Of a stretch of 64,000 nt of DNA, positions 37,500-50,345 are shown piece by piece. Below the pieces are notes generated by a model. It did no database searches and had not been told where the DNA came from. It worked only from the letters and a program-made list of their open reading frames with translations. The stretch is taken from contig NW_024055728.1 of NCBI RefSeq assembly GCF_902713615.1, forward strand, positions 4,057,978 through 4,121,977, in the 5' to 3' direction. The translations under genes and the position numbers were made by a program. Source of the DNA: Scyliorhinus canicula (Eukaryota). Position 1 is the first letter of the stretch, and every line of letters starts with the position of its first letter.

Positions 37500-38510
37500 A
37501 GCCCCTCCCGTGTAATTTATATCCCTCCCACACACACGACCGTGCAACAGACCCCCGCCTGAATCCAAATCCTGACCCGACTTGCCATGGGCCCAGTAAA
37601 CTCTCCAACCGCTCTGAACCCCCTCCCGGGTAGATCTGGCCCGAAACCCACACACCCAATCACACTACCGCGACCCACCCAATCTGCGCCAAAACGAGCT
37701 GGCTGGCACAACCCCAGTCCAGCTGGAGCCCCAATTCCAGCGGTGTGACCCAACCTGAAGCTCTCGCCCGGTCTCCACTGAATCGATGTCCGCACTGTGC
37801 TCGCAATCTACCCACCCTGTATTCGCTCTCTGCCCGAACTGAGCCGACCACACCACGCGTCCCTGACCTCTTCAAAGTACCTTTCCGGCGCCCACACTCT
37901 GGGGTCTCACAACCCCAAACGACGACCCCACTCACCCTCTCGAACCTACCCGGCCCGCCGGCTCAACAGGCCCGAATCAACCCGAGCAGCGACTCAAATC
38001 CGAGCCGAGCCTCCATGTAGAACTGACCTAACTCAACCTTCCTAACAGCAGTTCCACTGACACGTCCATCGGGTCACATTCCCTCACTCATGATCGTCCA
38101 CCCGGCAATCTGGGGATAGAGACCTGACCCCGTCTCATCAACCCATCGATAAACCGTTTCTGGCGAAACACTTGCCAGAAAACCGAGTCTAATATGATCC
38201 CAGCCTCCGCTTCGGTCGCCCCCTGGGACCGCTCCCCTTCCAACCCCAATCCAATCATGCACGGTTCTATCCCACCCCAATTGACCCCGCTTTCTCCAAT
38301 ACAGCCTTCCAGTCTGACCCTCCCCCCCCCCACTAAGGCCCAAACGAACACCCATCCATCTGCACCTGACCGACACCTCACTGTACAATCCCCACATCCT
38401 CCCCTACCCACACCAGCCCATACACCCCTAAACCATTGCACCTACCACGTCCCTCCATCCTACTGCCGCTACCCCCTGCCCCGCTCCCATCTCCCTCACA
38501 GTCGCCCTCC
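37500..38510. repeat. C-rich, CpG-containing low-complexity tract
   Basis: Strong C/G strand skew; no clean period found. Confidence 0.6.
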
Positions 38511-38672
38511 AATTCAACTATTTACCTCATCCACTTATATCGTCCTTTTAAACAGCATCCAAGATGCTACTCGCAGATGCATCCTTGGGGTACTTCACTG
38601 TAAGTGTCCCAGCTCAACCGTCGTTGCTGAGGGATGTTAGACCATAAAACATTGAGACCCAGGAGCGTAAGT

Positions 38673-38925
38673 ACATAGAACATAGAACATACAGTGCAGA
38701 AGGAGGCGATTCGGCCAATCGCATCTGCACCGACTGACTTAAACCCTCACTTCCACTCTTTCCCCATAACTCATTACCGGCTCCAAACCTTTTTTGTCAC
38801 TAAAGACAATTTATCATGTTCAATCCACCGATCTGCTCGTCTTTGGACTGCGGGTGGAAACCGTAGCACTCGGAGGAAACCCACGCAGACACAGGGAGAA
38901 CGTGCAGACTCCGTACAACAGTGAC
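38673..38925 (-). mobile_element. SINE (3' part) nested in an old CR1 3' end
   Basis: catagaacatagaacatacagtgcag tail and SINE body. Confidence 0.75.
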
Positions 38926-40419
38926 AACAAGATTATGTCCCCTGGTCCTATAATCGTCCAAAAGAGTAACCATTCTGACACCATGAATCCAACAACCATC
39001 AAAAAATCCTATATGTCTCAGTAAGGCCGCCTCTTATCCGTCTACACTCCAATGTGTACAGGCACCACCTCGTCAATCTCTCCTCATCAGAAAACACCTC
39101 CAAACCCGGAATCAAACTAGGAAAAGTTCTCTCCCGTCCCTCCAATGCCAGTATATCTTTCATTAAATCGAAATCTTTGTGGAATCAAAGCTACGAAGGC
39201 CCAGACTTTTATTCACCGATACCATGAAGAACCGAGAGTGTAAACATTTTCAAATGTGATGCAGGCACAATGTTTGGAACATCCAAAAGGCGAATGGAGA
39301 TATTCCCGCTTGTCCGCTTACCTGTTTGTAGAGAACGGATGTGACCAGACTCTTTCATTTGTAACTCTGTTTGCTAAGCAATAGGTGATGCCAGCAAACA
39401 TCGCTCTCTCCCCACATTGAGGCAAACTCTTTTGAAAGGACTGAACAATATTCCTTATTCTCAGTGTTTAGCTGAGGAAAAATTGTTTCTAAACATGACT
39501 TTAATATGCCACAACTGTCTGCATAGTCCAGCCTCATACAATGGAAAGTACTAGTTTCATACGTTAGTCATGACCCTGCCTCCGCGCGTCAATCCCATTG
39601 TAGTGCCTCTTCCTATTACCACACATTCACTATTTCCAGGTCTATGGAAGAATGTGGGTTTCCCATGTTTGTCGGCTGCTAGTCTTTTCTCATAATCCCT
39701 CTTTACATCTCATATGTCCTTTTCCAGCTGTCCTCCAACCCCCTGTGCTAAGTTTGTAATTTCCACTTGATATCGCTCATCAGCTCACTTTTCTCTTCCT
39801 TATCTTAATTGTTTTCTCCATTTTCTTTCAGGGAGCTATGGAATTATGTGCCCTACTTTTCAATTTTTAAGGCAATGCCACTTGAACGTTTCCGGACCAT
39901 TTACATTTCAAGGGTAGCCCATTGAACAGTTAGAACTATGCTATCCAGTCTAACTACATCGAGGTGCGCACTCGTTCATTAAATATTGAAACAACGCACA
40001 GACTATTTGCAATTGTTACCTTCACCCGGACCGTTACAATACAATGATCACTGTCTCGCAAATTGCCTCCCCCCCCCCCCCCCCCCCCCCCACCCGCTGA
40101 CATCAGATCTATTTGGCTCTCGTCATTTCGAAGCTAACTGTCCAGAAATCCAGCCTTTCTTCCTGGGGTGGGCAAAAACTGGGATTGAAAAATATCCTGA
40201 ACACAAACTTGGAACTTTTGTCCCTCCCTGTCCTTTACACTACGACTGCCTCCGCCAGCATTGGGGTCAAAAAGGTCCTCCATTAAACCTACTCTACAAT
40301 GTTTTCAAACCTCGGCCGTTTCCTTGCAGATTTGCTCCTTCGCATCATTATCACTAGGTGGCGGTAGAAACACTGTACAGTGCAGTGCAATTGCTGCTCT
40401 GTGTTCCTGTTCTCCAGTC

Positions 40420-42530
40420 ACAGAGTCCCAGAGGTTCACAGCACAGGAAGGGTATTTCAGTCCATTGCGTCTGTGCCAGTCACAACAAATAGCAACACTT
40501 CCAATCCCATTTTCCAGCATTTTCCGCATCCCCTTGGATATGTTTTCATTGCAAGTACACATCTAAGTCCGTCTCAAATATCACAAGGGTCTCTGCCACC
40601 AGCACACTTTCAGGGAGAAAATTCTAAACTCGACCCACCATCTGTAATAACCGTTTTTCCTCACATTCCACCCTCAACCATCCGCCCGACCCGAGGAAAT
40701 TTCCCCTTGTTCATTGGTCCCTCCGCCAAGGGGGACTGTTTGTTCCTGTGTATTCTAGCTATGCCTCTCTACTTTTATGTATCGCAATCATCTCCCCTCA
40801 TTTTCCCCTGGTCCCAGGAAAATAACCCCAGCCTATCGAATCCCTTCACAGCGAAAATTCACCCGCCCAAGCAACATCCCAGTAGATTACCTCAACACCG
40901 ACCACATCCTCCTCTCATGTCAATTCCAGAATATCACACAATGTTCCAGCTGTGTCCTAACGAACGTTTAATACGGTTCCCACATAAACTCTCTGCTCTT
41001 AAACTCTATGCCGCGGCTTATAAAGGGATGTATAAAATATGCCTTTTAAACTACGTGTCGACCAGCTCTGCTACGTTACGGGACCGGTGGGCGTGCACAA
41101 CACAGACCCTCTGTTCCTCGCTGCTCTTTAATGGTCCTGCTTCGCTTATATTGCATTGCGTTGCCTGTTAGTCCTGCTCGTGCATCGTCTCACAAGTATG
41201 CAGGTTTGATTTAATTTGCAACAGATCAACCCATCTGCACTGTCCGTCTCTATCCTATTTTAATCTCAGCCTATCGTTTCCACTTTTTACCACCCAACCA
41301 TCTTCAGAATAATGCGAGAGCTTACAAATCAATCCTCGTGCATTCATACATAACCCATTGTTATAAACCACAAACTGCAAGGACCAAAATATTGATCCCT
41401 ACCAGTCCCCACACTACACACGCTTCCTGTTAGAAAAACTGCCTTTGAATGTTATCCTCAGCTCAGCTTCTGTCTCTCAGCCAATTATGGATCAAATATG
41501 CCAAATTCCCTTGTATCCCATGAGCACAAACCTTCATGATAAGTGAAATCTTACTAACAGGCAAGTAGAATAATTCAAATGCATTACCCTCATCTACATA
41601 TCTTGTCTCCTCCTGTAAAAATGAAATCAATTTGGCCAGACATGGCCTTCTCTTAAAACAATCATGCTGACTCTTCTTGATTAATCTCTGCCTTGTCAAA
41701 GGCAGAAATTCGGTCTCTCAGAATTGCTTCCCCACCACTGAGGTTAGACTGACTGGCCTCTAATTTTCTGGTATTTCCCTTCCTGCCCTCTTGAATAATT
41801 GTACCACATTGTCTATCGGACAGTCTTCTGACACCATTCCTGCGGCAAGAGAAAATTGAAGATTATTGTCAGCGTCCTTGCTATTTCCTCACTTGCCTCA
41901 CTCAACAGCTTGCGATACATTTTATTTGGACCTGGCGATTGGCATTCTTTTTAGCATGGCAGACAAGTCAGAAACTCTTTTCTGTCTCGTTGAATCTATT
42001 TTATTGTATCACAGTCCTCTCCGATATCTATAACGACCCGGCCCTCAAACCAGTGAACAGCGAAACAAGGTATTCATTGAGCACCCTACCTCCGTCCTCC
42101 AGCTCCATGCACTGATTACCGCTGTCGTTCTTATTGGGCCCTCCTGTCTCCTTTTACCCTTAACATACTTGTGAAACAAGCTAGAATGTTTTTTCTGTCC
42201 CCTGCCAGTATCCTTTCATGGCGCTTTTTCACTCTCCTAGTTTCATTTGTAAGTTAACTTTCGCACATTCTATACGTCCAGTTATGAGTGCTCAATATTT
42301 GCCATGTGCCTCACCTGTTCTCCTTATCCAATTGTGTAAATGCCTCAATATCCAGGGTTATCCAACTTGACTTGTTGTACAAGCCATTTTTCTTGATTGG
42401 AACACGTTGGCCTCGTACTCTCCCTATCTCCTTCTTGAATACATCCCACTGCCTGCCACATATTTAGCTAAAACTGTCCACTCCCAGTATAATTAAACTA
42501 TTTACTAACATCGCCTTCACCCAGTTGGAA
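40420..42530 (-). mobile_element. Decayed CR1 ORF2
   Basis: ORF 41463-41699 LIKKSQHDCFKRRPCLAKLISF...VDEGNA; CR1 3' UTR near 40420. Confidence 0.8.
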
Positions 42531-42554
42531 CTTTTATTTTACGGCCATCCTTTT

Positions 42555-43656
42555 ACGCATATTCCGATCCCACACCGAACCCCAACAGTGGCGAGGATAG
42601 TGCAGAGAAACACCAACATTGTATTTCAATTTTGTAAGACTGTGAGTAAAGGATACCTCACTCCGGTAATAAATGCATAAATAAATAGAGATATGGTATA
42701 AGAAAACAAACTTTATTACAACACAGCATCAAAATATCTTTAACATGATAGAATAATATAACTTCCAATTTTCCCTTAAGCAATGCGAACCAATACATGA
42801 ATAACATATATTTAACTGTGATTATTATTCCCAATTAAACAACACCAAGACGAAAACGAATTGATTGATGACACTTGAGCCAAGCTGCGATTACATATTC
42901 ATCCTCCACTGTTCGAAAGCAAAGTCATTTCATGATTTAGCTGTATATCTTATTTTAACCATTAGCACTGCAGCACAAGATTTAACACAACTCAAACTTA
43001 TTTTTCAATGGCTTCAACAACGCAATTGCATGAACATAATAGTCTGGTTCTAAACAATCTAAGTTTTGCAATATTGGATATTTTCAACTTTCTCCAAGAA
43101 TCCCCTTTTCACAATGTAAGCCTACTTGTGACAATAAAAGTTGATTATTATGTATTCCTCAATTAAATGTCCCCTCGTACTTCTAAACTCTCGAGAGTAT
43201 AGGCCTAAATTGTTCAACCTTCAGCTTGATTCTGCTGAGCTGCTTTAACAGGTTATCGCAGCCGGCTGAGTATGTTTAAACTAATTTAATTCGAACTTCC
43301 AGAATATAAAATGATCTCTCAAAGCTGTTATTGGAGGGTTTGCAGATTCCAGGAATCAAACTCTTCAGCCAATTAAACATGTTTTATAGTTTCTTCAATT
43401 CTATAACTTAAACGTATCGTCTAAAAGTTATTATCATAAAAGTATCAGCTCCACTCAAACAATTAACACTGCACTGCATTTCCGTAACTAGATGTCAATA
43501 TAAGGATGATCAGCTTTTATTCAGCACGGATATGACATTTTTCTCAGCCAAACATTCCCCTAACATGACTGAAACATGTTTCATTTACAAAGCGACCAGA
43601 ACTGTTTAGATTTGTTTCCGCGTGTTCTAATGAATTAATTTGGACCTCATCCTACA
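42555..43656 (-). mobile_element. Probable solo LTR with small internal insertions
   Basis: Reverse complement begins TGTAGGATGAGG; its 3' part (ggtatcctttactcacagtcttacaaaatt) resembles 54890-54925. Confidence 0.5.
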
Positions 43657-43734
43657 GAATGATGACCATTTTGAAACATATATTTTACTGCAAACAAAAA
43701 CAAGATTGTGTTGCAAAAAACAACCACAATCATC

Positions 43735-43905
43735 AATAATAACAGTAATATATTGTCACAAGTAGGCTTGAATGAAGTTACTTTAAAAGCCGCGAGTCGC
43801 GACATTCCGGCATCTGTTTGGGGAGGCCGGGGCGGCAATTGAACTCGCGCTGCTGGCCTTGTTCTGCGTTACAAGGCAGCAGTATAGCGCACTGTGCTAA
43901 ACCAG
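43735..43905 (-). mobile_element. Short SINE (second family)
   Basis: attgtcacaagtaggcttgaatgaagttact... is the reverse of the family tail. Confidence 0.75.
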
Positions 43906-44094
43906 ACATTGCACATCGTCTGTAACACATTTACCAATAATCTCCCTATTCTCACACCCCAGACCATTTGCGCGTGGTTCGCCGGAAACCGCCCACACTT
44001 CTCGTTGTGAAGTTCACTCCCTGGAAATAACATCCTCATTGGGGCACGTGTCATATGTTCCCTATGCACCACGTTAGATTGAACGAGACACATC

Positions 44095-44437
44095 ATAGAA
44101 TAGAATAGAATCACTGTAGTTCAGAAGGAGGCCCTTCGCAACATCGAGTGTGCATGGATAATTTGATCGTGCACGCTGCCCAGGCCCACGCCCTCACCCT
44201 ATCCTCGCAACCCAAAACCCCACCTAACCATATCTGAGAACAAGGGAGAATTAGCATTGCCAATCCACTTAACCTGCAAATCTTTGGACTATAGGAACAA
44301 ACCGAACACTCGGAGGACACCCACGCAGTCACGGAGAGAACGTGCAGACTCCGCTCAGCCAGTGACCAGAGGTTCGAATTGCATCTGGGTCCTTGGCGCT
44401 GTGCGGAAGCAGTGCTAAAATGTGCCACCGTGCGGCC
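44095..44437 (-). mobile_element. HE1-related SINE
   Basis: catagaatagaatagaa tail and reverse head ...gccaccgtgcggcc. Confidence 0.85.
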
Positions 44438-44877
44438 TTGCAAATGAGGACTTCGCATTAATCCAGTACAAGATGTTACTCTATCCTCCAAACTACGTGG
44501 GTCCCAACTTCTTTTCCCCTCCTGCCCTTGAACCTTTGCACTCATGTCGTCTCCTCCTCACAACCACGTATTAATAGCACAGATTCTCCCTTCCCCAAAA
44601 TATCTGGCGCAAACAGCTTATCCAGTAACAGAGACTCCAGGATTTGGGAGAAAGTGAGCAGCCCCTACTGCGCCAATCCCCTAACTGCAATTATCGGAAC
44701 TCGTTCCCCTGCGTTAACTCACAATTCTTAAGCACAGCTAAACCTGCAAACTTTTCCCCTAAAAATAGATTCCCCACCCACCATTCTCCTGCTTCTCCCA
44801 CCTCTCATAGATTGCGTTCATCCACCTATGATTCCCACATATAGGGGTCAGTACCGACTACAGTCACATTGATATGT

Positions 44878-45222
44878 CGGCGCCATGATAGCACAGTGCT
44901 TAGCACAGTTGCTTCAGAGCTCCAGGCTCCCAGGCACGATTCCCGTCTTAGGTCACTATCTATGCGGAGTCTGCACTTTCTACCCGTGTCTGCGAGGGTT
45001 TCCTCCGGGTGCTCCCGTTTCATCCCACCATCCAAATATGTCCAGGTTAGGTGGATTGAAGATGATAAATTGCCCATAGTGCCCCACAAAGGTTTGGTGG
45101 GGCTAATGGGTTAGGGGGGCAAGGTGGATGTGTGGGCATAAGTAGGGTGCTCTTTCCAAGGGCCGGCGCAGTCTCGATGGGACGAAAGTCCTCCCTCTGC
45201 ACTGTAAGTTATATTATTCTAT
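44878..45222 (+). mobile_element. HE1-related SINE
   Basis: SINE head and body, gcactgtaag...ttctatg tail. Confidence 0.85.
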
Positions 45223-45631
45223 GAGTAATCACAACAAAAGCGGAGGCATGTTCCAGCAGCTGGTATAAAGCACCAAGAAAGAAATGCTTAAATTCCACAC
45301 ACTTGGAATATGCCCTCTGGAGAAGTTACTCTTGAAACAGCGAATCAACCAAGCCATATGTGGACTGTATTGTCCCAGTTGTGAGGTAACGCAGAAACTC
45401 TTGTGTTCAATGGTATCCTTCCTGGAGGCAATAACAAAACATGAATTCACTGTTGTGTGTTAGAATATTACTATTGAGTTTGGCAAGGTGTTTTTCTGTC
45501 CTCTGGAACTTTTACTAAAATGCTAAATGCGTCCTCAGAATGAGGAGCACTTCTCGGTTCTATTACGGGGTTTTGCCTAACCCCGTACTCGGAGGCGAAG
45601 AAATTATACTGAACTTCTTCATAGAAAGTGT

Positions 45632-46045
45632 CATACAGATAGACTCAAACATGCGTACATAGACAGAAGCACGCGCACACGAATGCACACATTTACATAC
45701 AGAAGCATACACATATATACACAACAGGTGTGCAGACAAAACAGGTACATGCACGTACACAAACACAGAGACGCACACATAGCACACATCACACACAGAA
45801 ACACACGTATACATCTACACACACATTCACACCCATATTCAACACGATCATCTACACACATATACACAGAAACATACGCACACAGAACATATACCACACA
45901 CATATGCACCCACATATAGTACACACATACACACATACAACATGCTCATACACATACATACCCACCCACGCATCACACACACACACAGAACAGTCATACA
46001 CACACGTATATGTGTGTGTGTGTGTGTGTGTTTGTACATACATAT
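45632..46045. repeat. Degenerate (CA)n tract switching to pure (TG)n
   Basis: Direct inspection. Confidence 0.85.
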
Positions 46046-46589
46046 ATTGATGGCTACACGCGCAAATAGAACCAATACCTGAAGGGAGCATTATGAAAAC
46101 CTGAGCACTGAGTAAACGTAATGACGAGGTGCTGAACTACCCAATTGCGCTTGAACTGGAAATGGAGTCGACATTGACCAGTAGGACAATGTCATTTCAT
46201 GCAATCTGGAAACTGACTTCCCATATTGAAAACGGACCTTCACTCTTTCTCGTGACCAACAGTACAGTTAAATAAAAGCAAATCCTCATCTAACTTCTGC
46301 AGACACTTCGGCAGCAACGTTGTTCTGACATCACAGGAATTGCATGTGTTCCACTTTGCGGCTGAATGCCACTTTTTGCATGGGCAAGTTGGGTGGTCAA
46401 TAGATTGTCGGCTAGCCAATCACACATCAATTCCCTGACGTATATGCCGCTTGGGTAATTGAACGTCACCTCATCTCGCACCTGAATGGTCGACACATTC
46501 TGAGATATTGAGCATTAGTTATTAGCCTCATCATCCGTTCTGCTTCAGACTTTGTCATGTCTGTTGGCAAGCCCTATATGAATCAAATT

Positions 46590-47435
46590 AGGCATATACT
46601 CGCTGGAATGCACAAGAATAACAGAGGAGCCGATGGATGTCTATAAAATATTAGGAGATATTAATGAAATCACTGCCGAAAAATTGTTCGCCCCTTGGGG
46701 GGAAATCTGGAACTAGAGGTCGCCGCTCTAGATTCAGAGGTGGTAGATTTAGAGCTGGAAGAGGAGGAAGACCTTCTTTCAGAGACTGGTTATTTTGTGG
46801 AACTCGTTGCTCTATGGTGCGCTGTAGTCTGAGTTATTAAATAGTTTCAAGAAGGAGGCAGATATATTTCTGAGTTAGGCACGAAGGGTTAAGTGGATGT
46901 GGAGAACAGGTGGAAGGTGGATTTGAGGCCAGGAAATTATGACTCGCATTGCGAGGACATGACCTGTCAATTTCTGACAACGGTCCCGGGGATGGAGTGA
47001 TTTTCTCTAAGGAGAGGGCCTGTATTCAATGGAGTTTAGAAGAATGAGAGCGACCTTATAGAAACATACTGGATTATCAGGGGTTTGACACAGTAGATGC
47101 TGAGACCATATTTACTCTTGTCTGAGTGATTAAGTATTGAATGCATCAATTCAGAGTAACCTGGCGCCCAATTGGAACAGAGATGAGGACGGATATCTTC
47201 TCACCGAGGGCTGTGAATCTGTAGAGTTCTTTACCACAGAGAGGTGTACAGGGTGGGGCGTTAATTGTGTTCAACGGCACATTTTTAAACTGAAAGGGAA
47301 TCTTGGATAATGAAGGTGTGGCGGAAAAGTGGAGTTGAGGATAATCATTTCTGGGCAGCTATGATCTCAATCAGTGGCGGAGCTATCTCGTTGAGCCGAA
47401 CGGCCTACGTCTGGACCTACGTCTCATGGACTTAT
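46590..47435 (+). mobile_element. Two consecutive old CR1 3' ends
   Basis: Degenerate ...TRGR...LWNSL and ...SMEFRRMR.DLIETY motifs. Confidence 0.7.
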
Positions 47436-48047
47436 TTTGAATCAAAACACAAATTGTAACTTCAGTGATGAAAAGAATTTGGTTGAAATGGCAACATTTG
47501 AAAGCATGGTTGCATTGGTTGAATCATAATCCATAAGACCTCTTTATGAATTGGCATGGAAATAAATTATTGCACAGATAATGTTGACAATCATATTGTT
47601 CAGTAAAATAGAAGTCAAGTTACATGACAATTAAATAAAGGCACAAGGAGAGGTGGAATCCCAGAGCAAGGATACAAAAACAACTGACTGGTCCACTTCA
47701 GAGATCCATAAGGCACAATAAACTAATGAACAAACATTGGTTTTAGTGTCTGTGGAGAGCATTGGAACGCACAGAAATAATAGACATATTCTTTGGAAGC
47801 CAGGTGTAGCCACGCTTGAGGTATTTTCAGCACGCATGTGATAGATATAGGGACAGGCCTCATCCAAAGCGTGGGAGGAGTATCATTGAAGAATTGGAAG
47901 CCAATGCCAAACATGAAAAGATGAACAGACTGAAATGATTGTGTTTCAAAGCAATTGAGAAATTACTTGAGAGTCCGCTGAGGTGCTGCATGAAATTACT
48001 ATTAAAATAGTAGAACTAGAGGAATGGGTTTGCATTCAAGAGAGAAT

Positions 48048-49400
48048 GAGCGGCACAGTCTCAAATTGGGTTAGCACTGCTGCCTCACTGTGCTGGTTTC
48101 AATTCCCACTCGAGGTAAATATGTGGGTTTTGCGCTTCGGGCCGTATTCTCCGGGTGCCCGGTTACCACCAACAGCCCACAACTGTGCAGGTGAGGTGGA
48201 CTTGCCATATATTTTTTTTGAAACAGTTAAAAATATATATATCAGGCCGAACTGTAAAAACACTAATTTTGTATTGGAGAACCAGGGTACCCTACCCTCA
48301 GTACCAACATACGGGAAGGTGGGGGTGAGGTAGATTACTCTGATTATTTAAACAGTTCTCAACACAGTTCTACAAAGAAAAATAAAACGGTGCAAACTCT
48401 AAACTTTGCTCTGAAGAGACCAGATACGCTCGCCCGTGCACCAAGCGAATGGAAAGACAGGGGTCTGGTGGGGCGAGAGGGGCAAGGAGGGTGGTGGAGA
48501 GGGGCCAATAGGACACTGCCTGAACTGTCTACCGAGGCAGAAAAACAAAATAATTTATGATGTGCCAGACTCCGGGAGTAGGGCAGCTGAATTGCCACTT
48601 TGTGCTGAAAGAAGTGCAGGGTAGTTGGATTGGCAATGCTAAATTGACAATTTTGTGTCCCACGATGTGCGGGTTAGTTGTTTTGGCCATATATTTTTTA
48701 TTAAAAGAGTAAAAAATATATACAAGGCCAAACGGTACAAACAATAATTTTGTGTTGGAGAAAGAGGGTACCCTCCCCTCAGTACCAACGTACGGAGAGG
48801 GGGGGTCTCTGATTATTAATACAGTCCACAACACATGTCCACAAAAACAAATGGTACACGCACTAAACTTTGCGCTCGAGAGACCAGATACCCTCGCCTC
48901 TGCACCAACAGAAGGGAAAGGAAGGGGGTGTGGTGGGGAGAGGAGAAGGGCGGGTGCTTGGTGATTGAGTGTATCGGGGTATTGGTGGCGTGGGATGGGG
49001 GCGAATAGCACACTGCCTGCACTACTTACGGAGGCAGAAAAAGAAAGGAACCTTGAATTAATATGTTCCAGATTCTGGGAATCCCCCAGACGGTAATTGG
49101 ATCGGCCGTGCTAAATTGTGCTTTTAGTCTCCCCCATATGCGTGTTTGTTGGATTGGCGATGCTACATTGCCCCTGAGTGTCCCAGGATGTGCATTTGAG
49201 GTGGATTGGCCATGGTAATATGGCCCTTTGCGTCGGAAGATGTGCAAGTTAGGTGGAGTGGCCATGCTAAATTGTCCCTTAGTGCCTCGAGGCGTGCAGG
49301 TTAGCTGGTTACGCTGGGGAAGTGGGTCTAGGTAGGTGCTCTTTCAGAATGTCAGTGCACTCTCGATTGAACGTATGGCTTTAGCATGCACGGTAGGTGT
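48048..49400 (+). mobile_element. SINE with tandemly expanded internal ~52-bp unit and two ~370-400-bp minus-strand retroelement 3' ends inserted (48209-48577, 48691-49090)
   Basis: Repeated ggattggccatgctaaattg...gatgtgc units; both inserts start right after GCCAT with a T-rich run and are homologous to each other. Confidence 0.75.
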
Positions 49401-49560
49401 AGGTTCCAACCATGAACCAGGGATGAAGGTCAGTAGGGCATTGCCTTGGGTGGTCGGCTGTCGGTCTGTGTTGGACATTCTGCATGGCTGGATGCTATTT
49501 CTTATTTGTCTACACATTACTGACTTTGTAGAGAACAGCAGAATAACTTCATAGCCGTAC

Positions 49561-49671
49561 CTTTTTGTGATAAGTCATTCACTTTGTGTTCAACGATGAT
49601 TAGCACAATAACAACGAGCAACAATGCACTCAGGCAATGCCTCACCAAGGGCACCGAGTTGGGAGGGATGT
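49561..49671 (-). CDS. Transmembrane exon of LRC-like Ig receptor: (D)IPPNSVPLVRHCLSALLLVVIVLIIVEHKVNDLSQK(G)
   Basis: Acceptor ctttttattatcctttcatag|, donor AAG|gtacgg, 111 nt phase 1-1, hydrophobic segment with N-terminal Arg and closing Glu. Confidence 0.8.
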
Positions 49672-50059
49672 CTATGAAAGGATAATAAAAAGGGTTTAGT
49701 ATTTCGTTTGTCCCAGCCATCCCTGCACAATGGGAGTAACTCGGACACATCGATTCCCTCATCTATTGCAGGCTTGTAAGGCTGCTGACAGCTGAACTGT
49801 GTGAAAAACAAGTGGTGCACCGACGTGAATAGTGTCACACTCAACGTGGCCCAACGCACGGTTCAAGGGTGCAGGTTTATTAGCTGGATATCAGTATCGG
49901 GAAGCTTTGGAAGTGACCACTGGATTTGTGACAGAATGAAATCTGGGCAAAGGAATGCTCAGGAACGTTAGTTAGTATTAGTATTTCTAAAAATGTCTTT
50001 CCAAATGAACTTCCTTCTTTCTTTCAGCAATTGTCGATGTAAAACACAGAACATGACTG

Positions 50060-50345
50060 GGATTAGGGATGCTCCATCCTTTCACACTGGTGGGATTTCC
50101 GGTGCACCGGAAGCGCTCCCATGCCCAGGGATTTTGCCAACGGTGTGGGGCTGCCCACTTTATCCGGCTGGCGAGACGGGGAATCCTCCTGCCGGCTCGC
50201 ATGCGGCGTGCAGGAAAAATCGATGCAGCGGGACAGAGAACCCGGCCCGCTTGGGAACCGGCCATTTGCGTCTTTCTCAACCGCGGTGTGGGCTGACTGC
50301 AATGGAAAAATCTCAGTGACTGGCGGTGGGATGAGAGAATCCTCC
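50060..50345. mobile_element. Probable non-autonomous MITE-like element
   Basis: GC-rich insert with degenerate inverted ends (gggatgctccatcc ... gggatgagagaatcc). Confidence 0.4.

Noticed and set aside
39322-39440. Candidate cytoplasmic exon ending in strong donor CAG|GTAAGC (minus strand)
   Set aside because: In the phase needed after the TM exon it hits a stop before the donor, and the acceptor is weak; cannot be supported without transcripts.
40380-41171. 263-aa plus-strand ORF
   Set aside because: Antisense to a decayed CR1; no recognisable domain.
46079-46130. Hydrophobic stretch before a minus-strand donor (SLRLLSAQVFIMLPS|G), like a signal-peptide exon
   Set aside because: In-frame stop just upstream and no ATG ahead of the hydrophobic part.
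47885-47929. Possible terminal exon VCSSFHVWHWLPILQ-stop for the Ig receptor
   Set aside because: Weak acceptor and no downstream polyadenylation signal found.
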